Source of the DNA: Methanothrix sp.
GTDB taxonomy: Archaea > Halobacteriota > Methanosarcinia > Methanotrichales > Methanotrichaceae
Direction of reading: 5' to 3'
Assembly: GCA_963682135.1 (NCBI GenBank)
Contig: OY821645.1
Span: 992,001-1,056,000, forward strand
DNA length: 64,000 bases
Shown: positions 56,323 through 64,000 of the stretch, one piece after another
Position numbering within the stretch: position 1 is the stretch's first letter
Layout: every line of letters begins with the position of its first letter
Made by a program: the position numbers and the translations under genes
The notes under the pieces: generated by a model
What the model was told of the DNA's origin: nothing
Databases searched by the model: none
Seen by the model: only the letters and a program-made list of their open reading frames with translations

Positions 56323-58980
56323 GTGAAATGGCATTCAATTCCAATCGATGAGGTTCTCTCCGGCCTGAAATCAGGGCTAAATGGATTAAGCTCTGATGAT
56401 GCTGTCCGCAGAATCGCTGAGTATGGTCCCAATCAACTGGAAAGCCCCTCCAAACCATCGCCGTTGAAAATATTTCTGGGCAAATTTAAGGATTATATGG
56501 TTCTTGTGCTCATCTTTGCAGCCCTGATCTCATATATCGCCGGCGAGAGCACCAATGCCTACGTCATTTTGGGAATAGTCATTCTCGTGGCGATCATTGG
56601 ATTCTTCCAGGAATATAAAGCGGAACGGGCCATGGAGGCGTTGCGGGAGATGGTGGCCCCGGAGGCGGATGTCATGCGGGATGGCAAGATGAGCACCATC
56701 CCCGCCTCGGACCTTGTTCCTGGTGATATGGTCTTTCTGGAAGCCGGGGATAAGGTTCCGGCAGATGCTCGAATTGTTGAGGAGACGGCCCTGGAGATCA
56801 TTGAGGCTTCTTTAACCGGGGAATCGCTGCCTGTTAAGAAAGGTAGAGAACAGCTGCCTGAAGAGGCCGCTCTTGCCGACCGAAAGAATATGGTATTCAT
56901 GGGGACCATTGTCTCCTACGGCAATTGCAGGGCGGTTGTAACGGCTACAGGACTTGCTACTGAACTTGGCCGAATCTCGGGCATGATCAAACAGAGGCAA
57001 GCAGATCCGCCCCTTAAGATAAAGCTGGAACAGCTGGCCAAGAGACAGGCCCTTCTGGTATTTTTCATCGCGGCAATTGTCTTTGTGCTCGACGCCAGCC
57101 GGGGCTCGCCTGTAATGGATTCTCTGATCGCAGCCATTGCTCTCGCCGTTGCTGGTGTGCCTGAAGCTCTTCCGTTTATAGTTACCCTGGCTTTGGCTTT
57201 CGGAACCCAGGCCATGGCCAAGAAGAACGCCATAATCAGAAGGCTTCCTGCGGTCGAGACCCTGGGATCGACTACGGTGATATGTACAGATAAGACCGGT
57301 ACACTCACCACCGGCGAGATGACGCTGCGAGAGATTCAAACCTTCAGGACCGTTCATGTGGATGGACCCGGCTACACTCCGGTTGGCTCCTTTTCAGAGC
57401 AAGGCAGGCTCATCGATCCCCAGGGGGAGGATCTGGTCCAGCTGCTCAAGATTGGAACGCTTACAAACAATGCGGATATCGAGAAAGCCAACGGCAACTG
57501 GCGCATCGTGGGCGATCCAACAGAAGGCGCGATAATTGTTGCCGCCAAAAAGGCAGGCATCCTGGAGATAATCAGAAAGAGCAGCACACGGATTGCAGAG
57601 TATCCTTTCGATTCCGATCGCCGGAGGATGACAACAATCGATCTGATGCAGGATGAGGGTCGAATTGTATCCATGAAGGGGGCACCGGAGGCGGTCCTCG
57701 ACAGATGCACCCGCATTATCCGCGCTGATGGTCTCTCGCCTCTTACGGAAGAGGACAGGAAGATGATCCTGGCCAGGGCGGACGGCATGGCAGATTGTGC
57801 CTTGAGGGTCCTGGCATTTGCCGGTAAATCTCTGGAAAGCCGTGATCCTTTGGATATGGATTTTGTGGAATCGGGGCTGATATTTACCGGTCTTGCCGGC
57901 ATGATGGACCCACCCAGAAAAGAGGTGTTGGATGCCATTTCCGTAAGCAAGAAGGCAGGCATCAGGACCGTTATGATCACAGGAGACCACCGCCTCACAG
58001 CTAAGGCCATCGGCAAGGAACTGGATATCGGCAACGGCGAGGTCATTGAAGGATCTGATCTGGAGAGGATGAGCGAGAGCGATCTGCAGACGCGCATCAA
58101 TGATGTCTCGATATTTGCCCGTGTCACTGCCGAGCACAAAGTACGCATCGTCGAGGCCCTGAAAAAGCGAGGCAACATCGTAGCCATGACGGGAGACGGT
58201 GTGAACGATGCTCCTGCTTTGAAGGCATCAGATATCGGTATCGCCATGGGGAAGACGGGAACTGAGGTTACCAAGGAAGCATCGGATATGGTCATCGCCG
58301 ATGATAACTTCGCCACCATCGTAGGAGCGGTTCTGGAAGGCAGAAGGATCTATGACAACATAAGAAAGGGAACCACCTACCTTCTGGCCGTCAGCTTTGC
58401 TGAGCTTGCTACTATCTTTGTGGCTGTCCTTCTGGGCTATCCCATTCCACTTCTAGCCGCGCAAATTCTCTGGATTAATGTCGTGGCGGAGGAGTTTCCG
58501 GCCATAGGGCTTGCCCTGGAGCCGGCGCACGCCCAGATCATGACAAAGAAACCGCGCGATCCCAAAGAGAGCATGCCGTCCAAGAGCCTGATGATCTATA
58601 CCCTGGGAATTGCAGCCGCAATTGTGACCGGCACATTGGGCCTGTACTTGGCATCGCTGCAGATGGGACAGGACCTGAGCTACGCCAGAACTATGGCCTT
58701 TGTGGGGCTGGGATTCTTCACGGTATATAACGCCTATTGCTGCCGTTCTCTTGATGAGTCCGTTTTCAACATGAATCCCTTAGGCAATAAGACACTTCTC
58801 TTAGGAATTGCCGGATCGATAATCTCCATTCTGGCCGTGGTGTACATTCCATTTATGCAATCCATCTTCCAGACCAAGCCACTAACATCGGAGAGCTGGG
58901 CGATGGTTCTGGGTGTCGGTTTGCTGGTGGTTCTGGCTGCTGAGGTCATGAAGAAGGTGCTGCCGGGCCTTAGATCATAG
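56323..58980 (+). CDS. Cation-transporting P-type ATPase (type IIA-like)
   Basis: LTGES, DKTGTLT, KGAPE, DPPR, TGD, GDGVNDAP. Confidence 0.95.
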   Translation: MKWHSIPIDEVLSGLKSGLNGLSSDDAVRRIAEYGPNQLESPSKPSPLKIFLGKFKDYMVLVLIFAALISYIAGESTNAYVILGIVILVAIIGFFQEYKAERAMEALREMVAPEADVMRDGKMSTIPASDLVPGDMVFLEAGDKVPADARIVEETALEIIEASLTGESLPVKKGREQLPEEAALADRKNMVFMGTIVSYGNCRAVVTATGLATELGRISGMIKQRQADPPLKIKLEQLAKRQALLVFFIAAIVFVLDASRGSPVMDSLIAAIALAVAGVPEALPFIVTLALAFGTQAMAKKNAIIRRLPAVETLGSTTVICTDKTGTLTTGEMTLREIQTFRTVHVDGPGYTPVGSFSEQGRLIDPQGEDLVQLLKIGTLTNNADIEKANGNWRIVGDPTEGAIIVAAKKAGILEIIRKSSTRIAEYPFDSDRRRMTTIDLMQDEGRIVSMKGAPEAVLDRCTRIIRADGLSPLTEEDRKMILARADGMADCALRVLAFAGKSLESRDPLDMDFVESGLIFTGLAGMMDPPRKEVLDAISVSKKAGIRTVMITGDHRLTAKAIGKELDIGNGEVIEGSDLERMSESDLQTRINDVSIFARVTAEHKVRIVEALKKRGNIVAMTGDGVNDAPALKASDIGIAMGKTGTEVTKEASDMVIADDNFATIVGAVLEGRRIYDNIRKGTTYLLAVSFAELATIFVAVLLGYPIPLLAAQILWINVVAEEFPAIGLALEPAHAQIMTKKPRDPKESMPSKSLMIYTLGIAAAIVTGTLGLYLASLQMGQDLSYARTMAFVGLGFFTVYNAYCCRSLDESVFNMNPLGNKTLLLGIAGSIISILAVVYIPFMQSIFQTKPLTSESWAMVLGVGLLVVLAAEVMKKVLPGLRS

Positions 58981-59019
58981 GATAAACTTGAAGATTAAAG
59001 AGAAGACAATATATCAACT

Positions 59020-59496
59020 ATGAAACGCAAAACTGCAGGATCACAGATAAGTGCTCGCATAGCACTTCTCTTGCTCTTCTCTTTACCTCTGTTGGTACTT
59101 CCAGCTATCGCATATGATTTTACGGGAACGGTTGTGAAAGTCACAGAGCTAAACAGCATGACGGTGAATATTACCCAACCAGGGACTTATGGATTGCAGG
59201 CAAAGGTCGAGGTCCTTCTCGATAAACCTCTGGCAAATCTTGGCTCATTCAAAGGAAAGGAGCTACAATTCGAGATGCTGGGACGTGATATCCTCGGACG
59301 GCCGATATGTGAGGCATATCTCAATGGGATCAACATTCGCAATGTTTACGACGGATGGCAACCCCCAATTGTCTACGGCTATAGTCCCGGCTACTACTAC
59401 AACTACTACGGATGGGAATGGAATAGACAATATGATGGAAGATATTATATGCCATGCATTGGACAATGCCCACCATATTATTATCCGTACTTTTGA
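59020..59496 (+). CDS. Secreted protein with a degenerate thermonuclease (SNase)-like fold and a Tyr-rich tail
   Basis: Signal peptide; G.VVKV and D.LGR..C..YLNG.NI echo SNase; YYYNYY tail. Confidence 0.55.
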   Translation: MKRKTAGSQISARIALLLLFSLPLLVLPAIAYDFTGTVVKVTELNSMTVNITQPGTYGLQAKVEVLLDKPLANLGSFKGKELQFEMLGRDILGRPICEAYLNGINIRNVYDGWQPPIVYGYSPGYYYNYYGWEWNRQYDGRYYMPCIGQCPPYYYPYF

Positions 59497-59615
59497 AATC
59501 TTTTTGCCATAATTGCGTGAGCCAAAACGGTGGTGAATAGGAGGGAGGCAAGAGCCATCTGTGCAAAGAAAAATGAAGGATGACTCCCCCTCATTTAAAT
59601 TTTTATAGCATTCCA

Positions 59616-59975
59616 CTAAGCAGGCCAATCATCGAAATCCGGCAGGCGAGATGACATGACCAAGGACTGTATTCTGCTCGGGTCCATTGCCTTGGCGAGA
59701 GGCTTCCCCTTATCTTTGCGCATCAATTGGTAGGCGATCTCCGGGTCCACATTGTATCGCTCCAGGTACTCACTTCGGGAGAGGTTGCCGCCCATGCTGG
59801 AAACGTAAATGGGGTTGCCGACAACCGGCGTGATCTTTCCAACCGGCAAGATCCATTCAAAACCAAGAGGAAGATCGCAAAGCCAGTCCTCTGGACTGTA
59901 TTCAGGATCAATAAGCACCTCTTTATCCTTTTCATTCACTGAACCACAATTTTTGCAGATGAATTTTATCTTCAT
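59616..59975 (-). CDS. Hypothetical protein with CxxC, paralog of 10663-11100
   Basis: CKNCGSVN..WLC..P.G..LSR..Y.E..N.DP; GAGGT RBS. Confidence 0.72.
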   Translation of the reverse strand: MKIKFICKNCGSVNEKDKEVLIDPEYSPEDWLCDLPLGFEWILPVGKITPVVGNPIYVSSMGGNLSRSEYLERYNVDPEIAYQLMRKDKGKPLAKAMDPSRIQSLVMSSRLPDFDDWPA

Positions 59976-60125
59976 ACTTCTACCTCAATATCCTACTATG
60001 AAATACTTGATAACAGTATATATAATTAACTAAACAAATCATTTCTAGGTATTGCCCGGTAAATCGTTCGGAAATCACTTCCGGCCCAAAAGCTACACCT
60101 ACTTTGACCGCATCGGACTATATTT

Positions 60126-60647
60126 GTGATAAAGCCGCATAACACTCTGGAAGAGGCTGTCCTGGCCCGTCATGTTGTCTGGATGGAGAAGCGCGACGTT
60201 TTGAAGGAATACTGGGAATGGTGCTGCGTGCACAGCCGAGCGTTCGCATCCATCGCCATTGTCTCCCCCCGCAGCCGCTATGCGGTAGTGGAGATGGACC
60301 TCTATGGTCTGGGAGCAGGTGGTCTGGATGAATGTGCCGGCAGGGAGATACTGCGTATTGTGCTGGAGCAGCCCTTGAAAGCCGGGTCGTTCTTTTTCGT
60401 AAGCCCCGTCTATATCTTCGCATGTGTCCAGGAAAAAGCAGCTGTTGCCTTTGCCGAGCGCATGCGCGCCAGCGCGCAGGAGGCGTTATCCCTCGACCTG
60501 ATAACCCATGAAGAATGGCTTCACGGAGAGCTGAAGAGGTCCGATGTCGGCGGACGCAAAAAGAGCGCTTTTGCGCCGATCAGCGGTCAGGCCCGACCAG
60601 AGGTGATTGAGGCGCTTATCAAGGATAATGAAGCAGCCATTATCTAA
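60126..60647 (+). CDS. Hypothetical protein
   Basis: 173-aa ORF filling the intergenic gap; no recognised motif. Confidence 0.55.
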   Translation: MIKPHNTLEEAVLARHVVWMEKRDVLKEYWEWCCVHSRAFASIAIVSPRSRYAVVEMDLYGLGAGGLDECAGREILRIVLEQPLKAGSFFFVSPVYIFACVQEKAAVAFAERMRASAQEALSLDLITHEEWLHGELKRSDVGGRKKSAFAPISGQARPEVIEALIKDNEAAII

Positions 60648-60728
60648 GCATACACCTAACCAAATCTATTTGGCCGGGTAGTGCCATATTATTGGACCAT
60701 ATTATTGATTCGCAAGGAGGCGGCAAAG

Positions 60729-61154
60729 ATGAAACGCGCATTATTCGCTCCGTTAATAATGCTCTTCGCATTCAGTTTGATGGGCTCGTCGCTGGCCTTG
60801 AGCGACTACCAGAGAGGCGCCCTGGATGGCCTGAACTGGGGATGGAACATGTCCCACCGATATGATCTGGCGAACGCGGGAGATATTGATCCCTATAACC
60901 AGGCAGTTGCCGAATACAACGCCTGGATTCGGGCCTTATTCGGCATGAATGAATCGTTAATGCTACAGACATTTGCTGCATCGGCCAAATTACAGCCCTA
61001 CACCATTACCAAGACCTATAATCCCATTCATAGCATTGATGCCAGTTGGAATCAAAGCAAGTCATTGCTCCCTGAGCCCGATGCTTACGGCATGGTCAAT
61101 GGAATTCCTGCGGAGATCTACTATTCCTTTGGACCGGCCCTGCAAAATTTCTAA
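60729..61154 (+). CDS. Secreted hypothetical protein (start 60729)
   Basis: AGGAGG RBS, signal peptide MKRALFAPLIMLFAF. Confidence 0.7.
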   Translation: MKRALFAPLIMLFAFSLMGSSLALSDYQRGALDGLNWGWNMSHRYDLANAGDIDPYNQAVAEYNAWIRALFGMNESLMLQTFAASAKLQPYTITKTYNPIHSIDASWNQSKSLLPEPDAYGMVNGIPAEIYYSFGPALQNF

Positions 61155-61156
61155 TT

Positions 61157-61951
61157 TCATAACACATCCTTTACCCGGTCGTAGCTGAAGACCGGCCCGT
61201 CCTGGCAAGCATGATAGGGACCGATGGCGCAATGCTCGCATTTTCCCACGCCGCATTTCATGTGCCGCTCCAGGGAGACGTAAATATCCGCCCGGTGAAA
61301 TCCTCGATCCATGAGTTTTCCAGCCACAGCATTTATCATCACCGGCGGGCCGCAGATGGCGGCTGAGCCTGGGCCCACATCGAATTGGTCGATGAGGTTT
61401 GTGACCAAGCCGACATTTCCTTTCCATAGCTCGTCACCGATGTCCACCGTCACTGCTACCTCCATGTCCGCCCTCTGCCAGCCCTTGTACTCCTGCATGA
61501 AATAGAGGTCCTGGCGGGTTCGCGCTCCGTATGCCACAGCCACCTTGCCGAACTCCTCCCGCCGGTCGGCAATGTAGTTGATCAGTGATCGGAGAGTGGC
61601 AAATCCCGAGCCCCCACCGGCGATGACCACATCTCTCATCATCCGGTTTAATGGAAAGCCGTTCCCATAAGGCCCGCGTATTCCCACTATATCTCCGACC
61701 AGACAGTCCATGATGCCGCTTGTTACCTTTCCCGCTCGGCGGATGCATAATTGCAGGCTTCTTCTTGTAGGTGATGACGCTATAGAGATGGGACATTCAC
61801 CCAGTCCAAAGACGGAGATCATCACAAACTGACCGGGCAGATACCTGAAATCAGCACCCTCTTCCAGGAGCTCCAGTGTGATCAGGTAGGTGTTAGGAGA
61901 CTCTATATCTATGTCCACAATCTCGGCTTGCATGGGGATGTACTCGCTCAT
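61157..61951 (-). CDS. FAD/NAD(P)-binding oxidoreductase with [2Fe-2S] (AsrB / sulfhydrogenase gamma / PyrK-like)
   Basis: PGQFVM, PISIAS, RGPYGNGF, CGPPVM, ERHMKCGVGKCEHC..C.DGPVF. Confidence 0.9.
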   Translation of the reverse strand: MSEYIPMQAEIVDIDIESPNTYLITLELLEEGADFRYLPGQFVMISVFGLGECPISIASSPTRRSLQLCIRRAGKVTSGIMDCLVGDIVGIRGPYGNGFPLNRMMRDVVIAGGGSGFATLRSLINYIADRREEFGKVAVAYGARTRQDLYFMQEYKGWQRADMEVAVTVDIGDELWKGNVGLVTNLIDQFDVGPGSAAICGPPVMINAVAGKLMDRGFHRADIYVSLERHMKCGVGKCEHCAIGPYHACQDGPVFSYDRVKDVL

Positions 61952-62950
61952 CTATCTCGCCACCCTATGGCTCTCCACGGTCAGATTGACTCGATTTATG
62001 GCTGCAGGACAGGTTAGATGGCAGCGTCCGCATCCCACGCAGCCGGGAAGACCTGTGATCACTGGGATGTCCTCGAACTTGTCCTGGTACCAGTGATGCA
62101 GTCGCTCTCCCGGCGTGCGCCTGGGATTGGCTCCACCAGTCAGCCGGGAAAATCCGGATAAGAGGCAGGAATCACGGCAGCGCAGTCTCTCCCCATCCGG
62201 AACGCCCGAGTCCAGGATATTGAAGCAGTGGCAGACAGGGCAAACGAAGGTGCATCCTCCGCAGCCCAGGCACTCCTGGCCCAGCGCCTCCCAGTCGGCA
62301 TTTTTCATAGCCTCCCTGATTTGAGCGCTGGATCGATCCTGTGGCATGGCCACTCTTGCCACCTGCAGGAGCCTGGCCTTCTCTTGAAGATGCCATGGCT
62401 GCGCTGGCTGCAGGAGGTTTTCGCCGGCATTCAGAATCAATATGCCTGCGGGCGTCTCGGTCTCGCATAAAAATCCTTCCCCAATATCGGTAATCTCTAT
62501 ATCGCAGGGGTCTACAGCCACCGGCCCTGCTCCAAACGCTGTGCAGAAGCACTCTCTCCCGGGTGCGATACAGTTTTGCACGACCAAAGCCGTGGCCCTT
62601 CGGCGGCGAAAGTAAGCCTGGTCAGGGGGCTGCTCTCCAAAGATTTTATCCAGCAGCGCTATGGCGTGCAGATCGCAGGGCCGGATGGCAAAGAGCAGTC
62701 GAGGATGGATTTGCTCCTCTTCGAAGGTGTAACGCCCATCTTCCTGAACATAGCGAAAGAGCACCTCTTTATGGGGGTGCAGGAACTCTGTAGGAGGAGA
62801 GAGGGTTTTTGTCTCCAAATCAAGGGTTTGACCTTGCCAGGTGGCAAAGACCGGTCCTGCTTGTGTTGCCAGCGGTGCGATGACCTCAATATGCCGGCTC
62901 AGAGTTTCCAGCAGGGGAAGAAGTTTGTCTCTCTGGAGGAAGGCCTTCAC
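61952..62950 (-). CDS. 4Fe-4S dicluster protein (AsrA / sulfhydrogenase beta-like)
   Basis: IRPCD, C....CFC, CLGCGGCTFVCPVCHC, GCVGCGRCHLTCP. Confidence 0.9.
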   Translation of the reverse strand: MKAFLQRDKLLPLLETLSRHIEVIAPLATQAGPVFATWQGQTLDLETKTLSPPTEFLHPHKEVLFRYVQEDGRYTFEEEQIHPRLLFAIRPCDLHAIALLDKIFGEQPPDQAYFRRRRATALVVQNCIAPGRECFCTAFGAGPVAVDPCDIEITDIGEGFLCETETPAGILILNAGENLLQPAQPWHLQEKARLLQVARVAMPQDRSSAQIREAMKNADWEALGQECLGCGGCTFVCPVCHCFNILDSGVPDGERLRCRDSCLLSGFSRLTGGANPRRTPGERLHHWYQDKFEDIPVITGLPGCVGCGRCHLTCPAAINRVNLTVESHRVAR

Positions 62951-64000
62951 GATATCACCTTTCGCAGACGTGCTGCTGAGACCTTCAGCTCCGCAATCTT
63001 GGAAATGGGATCGAGATACTGGGCGGTTAGCGCATTGGCCGGTGCCTCGGAGAAGTGAATGGGCAGGAATAGATCTCCTTTGGGAAGGCCCTTCGCCAGT
63101 CGCGCCTCCACCGTAATGCTGCCCCGCCTGGTCTCCACAATAACCATCATGCCTTCTCTAATGCCCATAAGCTTTGCATCCTCGGGATTGATCTCCACAA
63201 AGGGAGCGGGAACCTCTCTATCCAGAAGAGAAGTCCTGCGAGTCATGGTTCCGGTATGAAAGTGGTAGAGGCTGCGTCCCGTAGTGAGCATCATGGGATA
63301 ATCTGCATCTGGAGTCTCAGGAGGCTTTATGTACACAACCGGTCGGAGGCGAGCCCGGCCCTGTGAGAAGCAATCGACATGCAAAATGCTCGTTCCCGGA
63401 TGATCTTGGGATGGGCAGGGCCATTGCAGTCCCTTCATCCCCAGGCGCTCGTAGCTGATCCCACCATAACTGGGGGTAAGCGATGCAATTTCTTTCATGA
63501 TGTCACCAGGCGAAGAATAATCGGCATTTAGCCCTAGCCTTCCCATCAGGTCGCAGATCCACTCCCACTCCGCTCTCGCATCACCGGGTGGGGAGACAGC
63601 CTTGCGGACGCGCTGCACCCGTCTCTCGGTGGAGGTGAATGTCCCGTCCTTCTCGGCAAAGCAGGCCGCAGGAAGGACGATATCCGCAAGAGCTGTAGTT
63701 TCCGTTGGGAAGATATCGCAGACCAGCAGGAACTCCAGCTCTTTCAGGGCTTTGACGACTTGGGAAGAATGGGGGTAGCTGAGGACGGGATTTTCGCCAA
63801 CGATTATCAGGCCTTTGAGATCTCCTGCCTTTGCGGCCCAGAGCATCTCCAGAGCGGTGAGTCCGGGTTCCTCGGGAAGCGAGGCGCACCAGGCTTCCTC
63901 GAATTTGGCGCGGGCCTTGGGACTGGATACGGGGGTGTATCCGGATAGTACCGTAGGAAGAGCGCCCATATCACATGCCCCCTGAACATTCTGGTGACCG
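62947..64000 (-). CDS. fdhA: Formate dehydrogenase alpha subunit, C-terminal part (5' end outside the window)
   Basis: RSPECSG-frame alternative rejected; the coding frame reads GHQNVQGACDMGALP, GENP, DIF.TET, EKDGTFTSTERRVQ, LTTGR..HFHTGTMT, ANALT. Confidence 0.9.
   Translation of the reverse strand, partial: GHQNVQGACDMGALPTVLSGYTPVSSPKARAKFEEAWCASLPEEPGLTALEMLWAAKAGDLKGLIIVGENPVLSYPHSSQVVKALKELEFLLVCDIFPTETTALADIVLPAACFAEKDGTFTSTERRVQRVRKAVSPPGDARAEWEWICDLMGRLGLNADYSSPGDIMKEIASLTPSYGGISYERLGMKGLQWPCPSQDHPGTSILHVDCFSQGRARLRPVVYIKPPETPDADYPMMLTTGRSLYHFHTGTMTRRTSLLDREVPAPFVEINPEDAKLMGIREGMMVIVETRRGSITVEARLAKGLPKGDLFLPIHFSEAPANALTAQYLDPISKIAELKVSAARLRKVIS

Noticed and set aside
57372-58319. 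Long antisense ORFs (315 aa here; similar ones opposite rnj, hef, the ABC ATPase and the radical SAM gene)
   Set aside because: Shadow frames of well-supported genes, with no independent motifs

Overview
Archaeal chromosomal window. The gene content and protein style suggest a Methanothrix/Methanosaeta-like methanogen (inference, not a database hit). Core content: an arginine operon (ARH-argC-CBS-argJ-argH) plus a distant argG; the ribosomal/RNAP/mevalonate superoperon (rpl18e-rpl13-rps9-rpoN-tRNA-Pro-rpoK-rps2-MEMO1-mvk-ipk-fni-rnj-GGPP synthase); hef; oapABC; ino1; an SsuABC-like ABC transporter; a P-type ATPase; and a truncated fdhA followed by AsrA/AsrB-like subunits. AT-rich accessory patches are interspersed: (1) a toxin-antitoxin graveyard with a diverged duplicate of the argH 3' end (1-2200); (2) a TPR protein plus a Cys-rich protein (9.1-11.1 kb); (3) a stop-interrupted HEPN gene in front of an XhoI/PaeR7I-type restriction-modification pair (21.6-24.3 kb); (4) a TnpB-only IS605-family element and a separate TnpA-only IS200 element; (5) a large PLP decarboxylase and, 8 kb away, two tandem GadC-like antiporters; (6) the best candidate for an undescribed system, a tightly coupled three-gene operon at 46.3-48.4 kb (minimal nucleotidyltransferase, 425-aa protein ending in a HicB-like domain, HicA-like RNase) lying between two IS200/605-type hairpins. 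All family assignments come from motif recognition by eye; no searches were run.
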